Notes: generated by a model from the letters alone, not told the origin. Shown: positions 17,416 to 28,014, numbered from the stretch's first letter. The stretch is DNA of 64,000 bases from an uncultured Bacilli bacterium (GCA_947627925.1 CANQXW010000001.1:13314-77313); one strand, 5' to 3'. Program-made: numbers and translations.

Positions 17416-18774
17416 ATGAAGGATAATATATTTAGAGAATATGATATAAGAGGAAAATATCCCACTGATTTAAATGAAGAAGTTGCTTATCAAGTAGGTC
17501 TTGGCTATGGATCATTCTTACAAGAACATTTAAAAATGAAGGCTTGTGTAGTATCCCATGATAATAGACTTTCGAGTCCCGCTCTTCATGAAAGTTTAAT
17601 TAAAGGACTTATTGAAACGGGTATCAATGTTTATGATTATAGCCTTACGACTACTCCGATGCATTATTATGCAAGACACGTTAATAATTTATATGGCATT
17701 ATGATTACGGCAAGCCACAACCCAAGTGATGAAAATGGGTTTAAATTTTCTTTTGATGAATATGCTAATGCCCGGGGACCAATGATTAAAGATTTTCAAA
17801 AATATATTGAAGAAGGGAAATTTTTAAAAGGCCAAGGGGAAGTAATTAAAAAAGATATTAAAGATGAATACATTGATTATGTTATTAGTCATTTAAAATT
17901 TGGGAAAAGAAAAATTAAAGTGGTTTTAGATCCCGCGAATGGAGCAACAACGATGGTAGCAAGAGATATATTTTCCAAACTTAATATTGATTTAACAATT
18001 ATTAATGAAGAAAGTGATGGACATTTTCCAAATCATCATCCCGACCCTTCCATTGAAGAAAACCTTAAAATGTTAAAGGATAAAGTAAAAGAAGTAAAAG
18101 CCGATATTGGAATTGGTTTTGATGGGGATGGAGACCGCATTGGTATTGTTGATGAATTAGGAAATAGAGTATCTATTGAAGATTATGCCATTATTATTTT
18201 AAGAAATATAATTGATAAAGTGGATAATAAAAAATTCTTATATGATCCTAAATGTTCTGATTCCTTTAAAGATGAAATTGAAAGACTAGGAGCTACTCCA
18301 GTTATTTGTAGAACCGGTACTAGTTATGTCCAAGAAAAAGTTTTAAGAGAAAATATTCCTTTTGGCATTCAATATGTCGGTCATATCTCTTTAAATGACC
18401 GGTTATTTAGTACGGAAAGCGCTATGTATTCTTCTTTAAGATTAATTGAGGTATTAAGCAAAACTGACAAATCTTTAAGTGAACTCGTTAGTACTATTCC
18501 TCATTACCCTAATACTCCAGAAGAAAAATTTGCTTCTAAAGATAGTATTAAACATGAAGTTATAGAAAAAATCAAAAAATATTGTGATGATAACCATTGG
18601 CCATATTTAGAAATAGATGGTTTAAAAGTTTTATTTAAAGATGCTTGGGCTTATGTTAGATGTAGTAATACAGGTCCTAATTTAACTTTAAGATGTGAAG
18701 CCAAAAAAAAGGAAGATTTAGATAATCTTCATCAAATATTTACAACTTTAATTAATGTTTATAATAAAATATAG
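17416..18774 (+). CDS. phosphoglucomutase/phosphomannomutase family protein (alpha-D-phosphohexomutase)
   Basis: The active-site Ser loop is TASHNP. The N-terminus IFREYDIRG is of the PMM/PGM type. Confidence 0.8.
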   Translation: MKDNIFREYDIRGKYPTDLNEEVAYQVGLGYGSFLQEHLKMKACVVSHDNRLSSPALHESLIKGLIETGINVYDYSLTTTPMHYYARHVNNLYGIMITASHNPSDENGFKFSFDEYANARGPMIKDFQKYIEEGKFLKGQGEVIKKDIKDEYIDYVISHLKFGKRKIKVVLDPANGATTMVARDIFSKLNIDLTIINEESDGHFPNHHPDPSIEENLKMLKDKVKEVKADIGIGFDGDGDRIGIVDELGNRVSIEDYAIIILRNIIDKVDNKKFLYDPKCSDSFKDEIERLGATPVICRTGTSYVQEKVLRENIPFGIQYVGHISLNDRLFSTESAMYSSLRLIEVLSKTDKSLSELVSTIPHYPNTPEEKFASKDSIKHEVIEKIKKYCDDNHWPYLEIDGLKVLFKDAWAYVRCSNTGPNLTLRCEAKKKEDLDNLHQIFTTLINVYNKI

Positions 18775-18777
18775 GTA

Positions 18778-19710
18778 CTAAAATGTCCTATATTTTTTTA
18801 CTAATTTTAATTTTTTGGCAACTTCTTTATAAATGGGCTTATTTTCTCGATAAAAGTCTTCATATAAAGAAGTTTCTCTAAGACATCTTTCCTTAGTTTC
18901 TTCCATTATAGCCATTTGCTCTTCAAAAGGAATATGACCATTGTTTTCATTTAACCATCTTCTTATTTCCCTATTATCTTTTAAACGATTGGTCATAATA
19001 CTTGTCTTTATTTCCATATCTCCATATAAAGGATTAGCTAAAATAAAATTATCTTTTAATGTCCAAAATGTTATATTAGATGAATCTAAGAAATAATTTT
19101 TTCCATCATATCTTGTGTAGCAAATAGCATGATTTCCCATGATACTACTCAGTGGTTTTTGAATATTGTCATCTTCTTCATCAGCCATGTTACAACAAAG
19201 AAAATGGGTTGGCATCTTACTCAAATTTAAAATATCTTTAAGCATAATCGATGTATGACGGCAAACTCCAAAACCAGTAAAAATTTCTAAAGCTAACGCA
19301 GCATTAATACTATTCATATCTTTTGCGGTAAATTTTCTCCTCTTAGATAAATAGCCATTAAACAAAAGAATTTCATATAAAGTAAAAATCTCAATGGGAT
19401 TAGTAAAATTAAAATATTCATTAAGTTTTTGATAATTAGCTAAAAATTGATGATATAAATTATTCATTTCTTGGTATTCTTTAGTTTTGGTAGCGGCTAA
19501 ACTTAAAAAAGTGTTCATATAAACAGTCATTAACAAAGTCCAATATATATAAAAATTGTCAATGGTAAACCAGTTAACAATTCCTCCAACAGGAATTGTT
19601 AAAAATATTGCTTTTTGTATAGTCTTAAAAGTTTTAATATCAATTTTACTTAATAGATTTTCCATAAAAGCCACACATTCCTTCACTTCGTTCAAGGCAC
19701 ACATAGTCAT
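18778..19710 (-). CDS. hypothetical protein with possible Cys-His-Asp (papain/transglutaminase-like) triad
   Basis: GVCRHTS … GNHAICY … FLDSS. No secure family assignment. Confidence 0.35.
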   Translation of the reverse strand: MTMCALNEVKECVAFMENLLSKIDIKTFKTIQKAIFLTIPVGGIVNWFTIDNFYIYWTLLMTVYMNTFLSLAATKTKEYQEMNNLYHQFLANYQKLNEYFNFTNPIEIFTLYEILLFNGYLSKRRKFTAKDMNSINAALALEIFTGFGVCRHTSIMLKDILNLSKMPTHFLCCNMADEEDDNIQKPLSSIMGNHAICYTRYDGKNYFLDSSNITFWTLKDNFILANPLYGDMEIKTSIMTNRLKDNREIRRWLNENNGHIPFEEQMAIMEETKERCLRETSLYEDFYRENKPIYKEVAKKLKLVKKYRTF

Positions 19711-19797
19711 GAAAAAGATTATTTTTCAGGCTAATCCTTCTTTAAAAATTATATTAACACAGCACTATCTAAAAGACAAGAAATAAACTTAAGGAAT

Positions 19798-20562
19798 TTA
19801 TTTTATAATAGATTCTAAAGCTAAAGTAATCATTTCATTTAAACTATTTTGTCTTTCTTCCCCACTTAAAACCGTCTTACTAAATTTAGAATCAACTGCC
19901 GTTAAAATACAAGATGCTTCTCTTTGAAAATGATTAGCAATATGGAATAAAGCAAATGCTTCCATTTCTTCTCCCATAATATCTAATTCTTTAGGGATTC
20001 TATTTAATACCCGATCATAATCGATGTAAGGACCAAAAACATCCATAGTGGTTATATCGCCCACATGAAGTTTATAGTTTAATTCTTCAGCGGTTTCCAT
20101 AATCGTATTATTTAAGGTATTAGATGGATAAGTAATATGCTTATCATAATTATCAAAAGTATAAGCAAAATTACTTTCCGAATAAGCACTTTGGGCTAAA
20201 ATTAATTCAGGCACTCTAACGGTTGGTTTAACGGCTCCACAAGTCCCAATCCGAATAATTTTTTCGACATCAAAATAATGAAATAACTCCCAAGCATAAA
20301 TACCCATACTAGGCATACCCATACCTGAGGCCATAACGGTTACTCTGATTCCTTTATAAAATCCTGTATAGCCTAACATATTTCTTAAATTAGCCACATT
20401 TTTTTCTTCAATCACAAATTCATCATGAATGGCATTATCTAAAAAATGTTCCGCAATATATTTCGCTCTTAAAGGATCTCCTGGCATTAATACTAATGGC
20501 GCAATACTTCCCTTTTCGGCATTAATATGAATTGGTTCATCTCCAATAAACATTATGATCAT
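19798..20562 (-). CDS. deoD: purine nucleoside phosphorylase DeoD-type
   Basis: LVLMPGDPLRAKYIAEHFL…GFYKGIRVTVMASGMGMPS. Confidence 0.85.
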   Translation of the reverse strand: MIIMFIGDEPIHINAEKGSIAPLVLMPGDPLRAKYIAEHFLDNAIHDEFVIEEKNVANLRNMLGYTGFYKGIRVTVMASGMGMPSMGIYAWELFHYFDVEKIIRIGTCGAVKPTVRVPELILAQSAYSESNFAYTFDNYDKHITYPSNTLNNTIMETAEELNYKLHVGDITTMDVFGPYIDYDRVLNRIPKELDIMGEEMEAFALFHIANHFQREASCILTAVDSKFSKTVLSGEERQNSLNEMITLALESIIK

Positions 20563-20630
20563 CTCCTAATTTAATAATAAAGAAAAAAAAGAATTAAGAA
20601 AATAACTTTCTTTATTCTTTTGACGCTTAT

Positions 20631-21104
20631 TTACATAATAATTTGATTAGCATTTTTAAAATCCAATGATGCTACCTTAACAAAATCTTCACTGCCAATA
20701 ATAGTTACTAAATCATTTAGATACGCATTATAATTAGAAGCATAATCTAATTTTAAAGTAATATTTAGATTATAACTTTGATAAATTTTATTGGCTCTTT
20801 GGATTAAATAAGTATTAACTCCGACATTACCTTCATTAATATGGATGATAAATTCTCCTTCATAAAAAATAATATCATGAATAATCCTTAAAGTAGTTAA
20901 AACGTCACCTTCCGTTAAAATTATTTTGCCCACAATGGGACATTCTAAAATTTTATCACTACTCGAAAACTCTAAAAAATTAATGATATCGTCACTCGTG
21001 GGACTAAGTCCTAAAGAATTATCGGCATTAACTAATATATCAAAAGCCTCTTTATCATCTTTAATATAATCCAGTAATTTTCGATAAATAAAGATATTAT
21101 TCAT
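20631..21104 (-). CDS. hypothetical protein
   Basis: 157-aa ORF overlapping the upstream gene by 8 nt (operon). Confidence 0.4.
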   Translation of the reverse strand: MNNIFIYRKLLDYIKDDKEAFDILVNADNSLGLSPTSDDIINFLEFSSSDKILECPIVGKIILTEGDVLTTLRIIHDIIFYEGEFIIHINEGNVGVNTYLIQRANKIYQSYNLNITLKLDYASNYNAYLNDLVTIIGSEDFVKVASLDFKNANQIIM

Positions 21105-22611
21105 AACTTAAATTCTCACTTTCTAAATTATTCATAAAATCGACCACCGTATTAATTTTTTCTTGCATGCTCTCATTATTAATCGCCTCATATAAAGCCG
21201 TTTGCCAACTTAGAAAAGAAGTATGATATATTCTTTTACTATTCGGAATCGTTTTAATATAACTAATTAGATCCGCTTTAGGCATTTTACTCATTTCTAA
21301 AAAATTATCAATATTCATGACATAAGTTGCGGCATATTTAACAGGCGTTTGAGCTTCTTCATTTTCCCAAAATTTTTCTAAAACAACGACGCCATTAGCA
21401 TAAAAGAAAGCATAATAACCCCCAAAGGTTTGACTTAAGCCTTTAAAAGGGCGCCCAATAAAATTTGAATTTTCTAAAGTGACAATTCTTTCATTGACTT
21501 CTCTTACTAATGTATCATTATCTTTTATTTTACGAGGTTTAGATTTTATTTTTACCCTACCTTGAGGTATACTTTTTCCTTCCGGAAGTAGTTCCCAATT
21601 TAACGTAATTTCTTGATCATATAAGTGATTAAATTTAGCCATAAAATTAATATCCCGATAAGTATTTACTTCTCCTTCTTTAAGCGTAGGTATATTAAAT
21701 TCTTTAATCTCGGGATGCATTATTCTTAAGGCCTGATATTCTTCTTGAAAATTCCATCGTGAATATCTTCTCAATTTCGCCATGCTTGGTAAAATATAAG
21801 TAATTCTGGGGTCATACCTTTTATTAGTTTTAATCATTTCTTCAATGGCTTTTTTATAAAACATTAAATATTGATAACAATTAGGTAAAGGGCCCTCTTT
21901 TTTATTTAAACAATATTCATAAATTATTTTAGCAAACATTAAAGAGAATGTATCATCATCAAAAGAGGATGCTAATTCATAAAAATCAATGGAATGGTCA
22001 AAAAAATCACCAAGGCGAGGTAAGCCATTAATTAAATCTTCTAATAATTGATAACTCTCTTCCACATATTCTCTAAATTCTTTATCTTTTCCATATACTT
22101 CATAATCTTCTCTTGCTACTTCAAAATATTCCGAATTTATCTCTTTATCTATAACATCTTTTAATTTTAAGGCTTTAGCTTTAAAAGCCTCTACTAAAGC
22201 TAAATTGATTGCTTCTCTACCTTTAGAATATTCTTCAATTAAACCATTAATAAAATTTCTTTGTTCTTCTTTCGTTTTCCCATAACGATCTAAATGATGG
22301 TTAACCATTTCCACTAAAGAAGTATAAAAATGGTGTTCTGAATATTTTAAAGTTCTCCCTATTTTATTAGGATTAGGTAAGGATACCATAAAAGCTAAAT
22401 TTTTTAAAATAGTAGGATTATGAAAAATAGCTAGCATAGGTTCTTGATAAGTTTTACGATAAAATTGAGCAAATTTATTTTGGCCATTTTCTTTTAGGGA
22501 ATTTTCCAAAAGATTATCAAGGGAAAAAGTCCAATACCCATCATAAGAAGGAATTGGATTAAACACTGCTTCAACATAATCCATTTGTTTAAAGCATTCC
22601 GCTATGGCCAT
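21097..22611 (-). CDS. hypothetical protein
   Basis: 504-aa ORF. No family recognised. Confidence 0.4.
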   Translation of the reverse strand: MAIAECFKQMDYVEAVFNPIPSYDGYWTFSLDNLLENSLKENGQNKFAQFYRKTYQEPMLAIFHNPTILKNLAFMVSLPNPNKIGRTLKYSEHHFYTSLVEMVNHHLDRYGKTKEEQRNFINGLIEEYSKGREAINLALVEAFKAKALKLKDVIDKEINSEYFEVAREDYEVYGKDKEFREYVEESYQLLEDLINGLPRLGDFFDHSIDFYELASSFDDDTFSLMFAKIIYEYCLNKKEGPLPNCYQYLMFYKKAIEEMIKTNKRYDPRITYILPSMAKLRRYSRWNFQEEYQALRIMHPEIKEFNIPTLKEGEVNTYRDINFMAKFNHLYDQEITLNWELLPEGKSIPQGRVKIKSKPRKIKDNDTLVREVNERIVTLENSNFIGRPFKGLSQTFGGYYAFFYANGVVVLEKFWENEEAQTPVKYAATYVMNIDNFLEMSKMPKADLISYIKTIPNSKRIYHTSFLSWQTALYEAINNESMQEKINTVVDFMNNLESENLSYE

Positions 22612-22689
22612 GTAATCACTTTCTATCCTAAACTTATTATAGCATTATTTTAATTTTTATAAAACAATTAGAATTGGACTTTACATATG

Positions 22690-22713
22690 TTTAAGAACAC
22701 AAAAAACTTTCAA
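22690..22713. repeat. direct repeat DR-L (TTAAGAACACAAAAAACTTTCAAC), a displaced copy of the rlmD 3' end
   Basis: It matches 24337-24359 at 21/24. The minus frame reads …VTLKVFCVLKHM*, compared with the rlmD end …HVESFCVLKMRYK*. Confidence 0.7.
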
Positions 22714-22755
22714 CGTAACTAGTACGTACAGTAGAAATATATCAAATATTACTTT

Positions 22756-23607
22756 TTATATAGTAACCTTTTCTTCGCTTAAATTATTGGTTATGTATTC
22801 TAACGAATCTAATAAACTTTCAAAAGATATATTACTAGAATATGGAGCAGTAATTTGATAACTTTTCCATAATTTTTTAAGCTGTTCACTTGATTTCATA
22901 TTATTTAGTTGCTCTTTAACATTTTCTATATTTAATTCAGTTTTTTTATATCTGAAAGTATTTTTTATTGCTAAAACAAGATTTTTAAAATTTATTTTTT
23001 CTTTATTATCATTTATCAAAACATAAATATCATAAAAATCTTTCATTCTAGTATTATATATATCTCTTTCTATAATAGTTTGATATTTTTCAGCAATAAA
23101 AGTTTCCAATGTATAAGCAAAAATTGGTATTTTCTTATCTTCAAAATGGGAATTATACATATAGAGAATTTCTCTTGGAGTTATTCTATCCCCTGTTGTA
23201 AGTTCTATAGCAAGATAAACTTTTAAATTATCCATTGTTGCTAAAATGTTTATCTTAAATCCACCATACTCATTGTCTTCCCTTATATCTTTAATATTTT
23301 CAATTTTAAATTTTATGCCATCATCAACTTTTGTATTTAATATTTCTGTTATTATTTCTATTACATTATCTTTATTAAGTGGCAAACTCTTTAATGTTGC
23401 GTCCATATCCTTTGTTGTTCTTTCATCATCACCGATAATAGAAGAAAGTAATAATCCGCCTTTTAAAATAATATTATGTTTATATTTGCTTTTTGAAAGT
23501 CTTTCTAAAATATGTTCAAAAAAATACATTTGATATAATTGGGCTGATACATTACTATTTCCTTTTGCCTTCTTTGAAATAATACTTTTTAATTTGTCTT
23601 TATCCAC
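22756..23607 (-). CDS. abiEii: nucleotidyltransferase toxin AbiEii/AbiGii family (DUF1814)
   Basis: 283 aa with the KGG motif (NIILKGGLLL), DxD (TTKDMDATL) and typical length. It overlaps the AbiEi stop by 1 nt. Confidence 0.8.
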   Translation of the reverse strand: MDKDKLKSIISKKAKGNSNVSAQLYQMYFFEHILERLSKSKYKHNIILKGGLLLSSIIGDDERTTKDMDATLKSLPLNKDNVIEIITEILNTKVDDGIKFKIENIKDIREDNEYGGFKINILATMDNLKVYLAIELTTGDRITPREILYMYNSHFEDKKIPIFAYTLETFIAEKYQTIIERDIYNTRMKDFYDIYVLINDNKEKINFKNLVLAIKNTFRYKKTELNIENVKEQLNNMKSSEQLKKLWKSYQITAPYSSNISFESLLDSLEYITNNLSEEKVTI

Positions 23608-24236
23608 TATAACAATACCTCCATATATTCACTTACTTTCTTTTCAATTTTCATAATTTTGGCATACTTGGTAAGTTTGCTTAAATTTTTATTTTTACTT
23701 CTAGCGTACTCTTTTAGGGCTTTCGAAAATATTTCACCATCAATTTTATTTCTATTTTTAATAATATCACAAATTGTTCTCTCAATATCATATACTTTAA
23801 TTTTCATACCAAAAGGAGATGTCATTTCTATTGCACCTAAATCTAAAATATTTCTATTTACAAAGCTAATAATTACATTTTTATCTTTTTGTAAAACTCC
23901 ACTATAATCATTAGGCAAAGTGATATTGTATAAAAGAGGTGTACGATCTGATAAATTATGTAAGTATAAAGCAGTAGCCAATGAAAATCTTACATTTTTA
24001 CTTTTAGAGGCTATTTTATAATATTCATCTTCTATATAATTAGGAAGTCCATAATAGCCTTTTGAAATTCTTATTAATGTTCCTTTCTTTACCATGTTTG
24101 TCAAAAATTTTTTATCAATGCCATTATTTACAACTTCTTTGGTTGTAATACAACCATTATTTTTTTCAACAATTTTTAAAATTTTATCATAATTCATAAT
24201 TTTACACCGTTCTCTTTCTAACTGAAATTCTATCAT
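23607..24236 (-). CDS. abiEi: AbiEi antitoxin-like transcriptional regulator (type IV TA / abortive infection); true start probably ATG at 24197
   Basis: N-terminal winged-helix …ILKIVEKNNGCITTKEVVNNGIDKKFLTNMVKKGTLIRISKGYYGL. Confidence 0.75.
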   Translation of the reverse strand: MIEFQLERERCKIMNYDKILKIVEKNNGCITTKEVVNNGIDKKFLTNMVKKGTLIRISKGYYGLPNYIEDEYYKIASKSKNVRFSLATALYLHNLSDRTPLLYNITLPNDYSGVLQKDKNVIISFVNRNILDLGAIEMTSPFGMKIKVYDIERTICDIIKNRNKIDGEIFSKALKEYARSKNKNLSKLTKYAKIMKIEKKVSEYMEVLL

Positions 24237-24319
24237 TTATCAGTTCAAAAGTGAATAGTTTTTTAAAAATTTTTTATTTTTTTATTCTTTTTAATACGAC
24301 TTAATAGTTGATTTTCGCT

Positions 24320-25522
24320 TTATTTATATCGCATTTTTAGAACACAAAAACTTTCCACATGTTCCGTATTAGGAAACATATCTAAAAGAATAAACTCTTT
24401 AATCTCATATTCATCTAACAATAAATTTAAATCTCTTCCTAAAGTATGAGGATTACAAGAAACATAAATAATCTTTTTAATTTTCTCTTCCTTAATTTGA
24501 TTAATTATTTCTTCTTTAACTCCACTTCTTGGGGGATCTAAAATTATTGTATCAAAATAGGAAGTAATTTTTTCTTTAACTTTACTGGTATCCGATGCAA
24601 TAAATTCTAAATTATCGCGTTTATTAATTACTTTATTTAAATTAGCATCTTTAACCGCATTAGCTACAATTTCTACGCCTAAAGTTTTTTGAACATTTTT
24701 ATTTGTGGCTATACTAAGAGTTCCTACTCCCGAATAAAAGTCTAAAACCTCTTTACTATCTTTTGTATAATCATTAATGAGATTAAATAACTCAGAACAA
24801 ATATAAGGATTTACTTGAAAGAAAGAATCATAACTAATTTTAAATAAATAATCATTTATTTGATCCATTAAATAGTTTTCTCCATAAAGAGAGTTCCCAT
24901 TATGAATAATTCCCACAAGAGGATAATTATGAATTAACCATTCTGTATTTTCTAACGCACCTTCACTTTCACATATTAATAAAATTTCTCCTTTATAATT
25001 AGTCCTGATAGTCACTGTACCATTTTTGATATTTAATTTATTTAAATCTTTTAATAAATTATTAATTGGTTCACTTGCTAAATAACAATAAGCAATTTTT
25101 AAAGGAGAATGGGTTTCTGGTTCATAAAAACAAATTTCATTATTAATAATTTTAACAGTTAATTTATTACGATAATGATATTGCTCTTGACTTTTAATAA
25201 TGTTCTTTACCTCATAAGAAATTTTATTTTTTCTTAAAATAGCATTTACTTTATCCAACTTATAAGATAAGGCTTCACTTAAAGATATGTGCATTAAATC
25301 ACAACCACCACATTTGGCGAAATAAGGACAAATAGGTTTGATTCTTTTTTTAGAAGGCGTAATAATTTCAGTTATTTTGCCTTCATAATAATTCTTCTTT
25401 TCTTTAGTTATTTCTACTTCTACAATATCACCCGGAACAGTTTTAGGCACAAAAATAATTTTATTATTTAAATAACCTATCCCTCTTCCTAAATTGTCCA
25501 TTTTTATAATTTCTACATTCAT
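24320..25522 (-). CDS. rlmD: 23S rRNA (uracil-5-)-methyltransferase RlmD/RumA family (TRAM + SAM MTase, Fe-S Cys cluster)
   Basis: VEIIKMDNLGRGIGY…IIFVPKTVPGDIVEV (TRAM), CPYFAKCGGCDLMH, SAM-binding DFYSGVGTLS. The ORF-track start at 25591 is a TTG extension. ATG at 25522 is preferred. Confidence 0.8.
   Translation of the reverse strand: MNVEIIKMDNLGRGIGYLNNKIIFVPKTVPGDIVEVEITKEKKNYYEGKITEIITPSKKRIKPICPYFAKCGGCDLMHISLSEALSYKLDKVNAILRKNKISYEVKNIIKSQEQYHYRNKLTVKIINNEICFYEPETHSPLKIAYCYLASEPINNLLKDLNKLNIKNGTVTIRTNYKGEILLICESEGALENTEWLIHNYPLVGIIHNGNSLYGENYLMDQINDYLFKISYDSFFQVNPYICSELFNLINDYTKDSKEVLDFYSGVGTLSIATNKNVQKTLGVEIVANAVKDANLNKVINKRDNLEFIASDTSKVKEKITSYFDTIILDPPRSGVKEEIINQIKEEKIKKIIYVSCNPHTLGRDLNLLLDEYEIKEFILLDMFPNTEHVESFCVLKMRYK
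24337..24359. repeat. direct repeat DR-R (TTTAGAACACAAAAACTTTCCAC) inside the rlmD 3' end
   Basis: Pairs with DR-L. The two delimit a ~1.63-kb AbiE insertion. Confidence 0.7.
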
Positions 25523-25590
25523 AAATATAAATATAACATAATTTGAAAAAAGAAAAAAGAGGCAATTACCTCTTAATCCTTTCTCTCTCA

Positions 25591-25721
25591 AGTAATAATA
25601 TAAAAAGAAAAGAACCTAATTCATCATTTATACTTTAGGTTCATTCAAAAATTTTTCTACAACATCCAACGCAAGAATATTTGAATGTTCCTTTTTATTG
25701 TATTCAAGTTTCCTTGACATA
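25591..25721 (-). ncRNA. promoter-sRNA/leader-terminator module, copy 1 (5' of rlmD)
   Basis: -35 TTGAAT (rc of 25739-25744), a 17-bp spacer and -10 TATAAT (rc of 25716-25721). A conserved ~70-nt core GUCAAGGAAACUUGAAUACAAUAAAAAGGAACAUUCAAAUAUUC follows. The terminator is GAACCUAA…UUAGGUUC plus a U-run. Confidence 0.45.
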
Positions 25722-25749
25722 TTCATTATACTATAAAAGGTTTTCTAAT

Positions 25750-27711
25750 TCAAGATGTCTTTTTTTGTAACAGTTCTCTCTTACTAACCTCTTCTATTTC
25801 ATAAGAATAATCATTATCAGTAACTCTAACAAATTCTCCTAGTTCCATAGCTAAATATTCTTTTAAAAATTCATAATCATCAGGACTACTTAGCATCATT
25901 TTGCTAAAGGCACTTTGAATTTCTTGCCAAACACTTATTACTCTTTCATCAGTAGGATACATTTCTAAGAAATATTGTATTTTATCATACATATCTTTAT
26001 ATTTTATTAAAGTATGAACATCTCCTTTTAAATTTTCTTTAAAAGCAGTTTTTAAAAATCTTTGAATTTTATCACTAGAGAAATCAATACGTCTTAATTT
26101 AACAACACAATCAATAATCTCCTCTTCGGTTAAATAACGAATTGGAAACATTTGATCAAAATTATAACACTCATTTAATTCCATCCAAATCCGATTATAC
26201 TCTTTTTTACTAATAAGAGATTTTAACTCCATATTTTGTCTTTCTCTTATAATTGGTTCAGCTTTAGGGGCTTTTGGTTTTCTTAAATTTCTTTTGGTTA
26301 AAGTTGACTTTATTGATTGTAAATATGGTTTAGCAAGTCCTAAATTTTTTAAAGCCACAATTATAGCATCAATATCTTCTCTAGTTAATCTTTCTTTCTT
26401 AAAATAATGTTTATCAATAGTCATTAAATTGTCTTTAAAATTTGAAAAATTAATATCTTTTACATTTGAATTAATAGCTACATATTGATGGGGAGGTGTT
26501 AACATATCATAAGCATAGCGATTTAACATACTTTCGAAAAATAAACCGTCCTCAAAGACCGAATCAAATTGAATTTTTGGCTTATTATCAACAGAATCTG
26601 TGATAGCTTCGGCTTCTGGATCAAAATTCCATATTTCTATATCTCTTTTTAAGCACCAAAAAATAAAGTCAGTTATTTCAACTTTGGTAAAAGAAGATGC
26701 ACCCAATACCAAGTTTAATCCTTCAAAATTAATAATTAAAGTTTGGCTAAAATAGGCTCTCTCAGGATATCTTAAATAATTATAAATGGAAGCACCAGCA
26801 ATAATTTTTGATAAATTATCAAAATCATTTTTGGACATTGTTTCGCTAAAAGTATCTGTATAAGCAACTAATCTTTCTTTATTGGTTAAACGTCTACCTT
26901 GATTAACTTTTTTTAATAGTTGTTCATTGTCAATTAATCTGGAAATATTTATATAGTCAACTATTTTTCTTTCAAAAATTTGCGAAACTTTTTTTAAATT
27001 ATCATATAATTTGGCCAATAGACTTTCTTCGTAAGTTGGTTCTTGTTTTTTTCTATCTTCTTGTTCTTCTCCTAAATATATGGCAAAACATTCTACCATC
27101 TCTGAACTCAAACCTAAAGATTTTAAACTTTCTAAAAAAACATCTATATCTTCTTTTTCTAAGTAAGGATATTTATCAAAAAAGTGTTTTTTAATTTCAC
27201 TAAATATATCAATAGGATTGCCCGAACTTTGTGAAATTATCGTAATGGCTTTATCTAATTCTAATTGTACTTTTTGTTCTTCGGGGCTTAAAAGACTACT
27301 ATCCTTCATTAAAAAATCTGCTGATTTTCCATCTTGAATCAATTCTTCAATCTTAGCTTTTACTTCTTCTTCAAAAGGGTAATTAAGAATTTTTTCCCGA
27401 TCAATAAGAACATTATCTTTATCGAATCCAAAATTATAAACATCTATTCTTAACAAAAATAGAATAATTTGCATTTTTTCTTTTAAAGTTAAATTTCCAA
27501 AATCTAAATGAGAAACTATATTTTTAAAGTTAATTAAAATTTTATCGTCATCTAAAACATCACTTTTGCCATTTTTTAACATTCTTTGAACTCTTTCAAT
27601 AATTTCTTTATATCTAGGATAATTCTTTTTTCCTTCTTCTAAAATTAAATAATATTTTTCTATCGCTTGATCCATTCCTTCAAACATAAAATATTCCCCC
27701 TTAAAAAGCAA
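25750..27711 (-). CDS. hypothetical protein
   Basis: 653-aa ORF. No family recognised. Confidence 0.4.
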   Translation of the reverse strand: MLFKGEYFMFEGMDQAIEKYYLILEEGKKNYPRYKEIIERVQRMLKNGKSDVLDDDKILINFKNIVSHLDFGNLTLKEKMQIILFLLRIDVYNFGFDKDNVLIDREKILNYPFEEEVKAKIEELIQDGKSADFLMKDSSLLSPEEQKVQLELDKAITIISQSSGNPIDIFSEIKKHFFDKYPYLEKEDIDVFLESLKSLGLSSEMVECFAIYLGEEQEDRKKQEPTYEESLLAKLYDNLKKVSQIFERKIVDYINISRLIDNEQLLKKVNQGRRLTNKERLVAYTDTFSETMSKNDFDNLSKIIAGASIYNYLRYPERAYFSQTLIINFEGLNLVLGASSFTKVEITDFIFWCLKRDIEIWNFDPEAEAITDSVDNKPKIQFDSVFEDGLFFESMLNRYAYDMLTPPHQYVAINSNVKDINFSNFKDNLMTIDKHYFKKERLTREDIDAIIVALKNLGLAKPYLQSIKSTLTKRNLRKPKAPKAEPIIRERQNMELKSLISKKEYNRIWMELNECYNFDQMFPIRYLTEEEIIDCVVKLRRIDFSSDKIQRFLKTAFKENLKGDVHTLIKYKDMYDKIQYFLEMYPTDERVISVWQEIQSAFSKMMLSSPDDYEFLKEYLAMELGEFVRVTDNDYSYEIEEVSKRELLQKKTS

Positions 27712-27933
27712 AAATTATTATAGTTAATTTTTCTCTTCAAGTCAATAAATTCTTTGATCTTTTATGTATTCTGTAACTTTTATGTATTAAAAAATTAAAA
27801 AGTTTCTTAATGTCCGCATATTTTTCTTGACTTCAAAAACATTAGTTTGCTATACTTAATTTAGGAATATTCAAATAGTTGGGCGTTGCCTTCATCTTAG
27901 AAGTGAATAACTTTTAAGTTTGGAGGTGATATT

Positions 27934-28014
27934 GTGAATAAAAAAGACTTTATAATTTTATTTCTATTTATAATTATTTATTCACTAATTAGAATAATTT
28001 TTCAGCTTGTGTAA
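27934..28014 (+). CDS. small hydrophobic peptide (type I toxin-like), GTG start
   Basis: RBS GGAGGTGA at 27923-27930, then GTG…: (M)NKKDFIILFLFIIIYSLIRIIFQLV*, 26 aa. The stop lies in the terminator region of the convergent sRNA copy 2. Confidence 0.3.
   Translation: MNKKDFIILFLFIIIYSLIRIIFQLV

Noticed and set aside
24320-25591. ORF-track start of rlmD at 25591
   Set aside because: That start uses TTG and adds 23 non-conserved residues that overlap the sRNA copy 1 terminator. The RumA-type TRAM domain begins at the ATG at 25522.
25591-25721. Small protein-coding reading of the repeated ~110-nt module
   Set aside because: It has no RBS and no ORF shared by all three copies. The conserved promoter, hairpins and terminator fit a non-coding RNA better.
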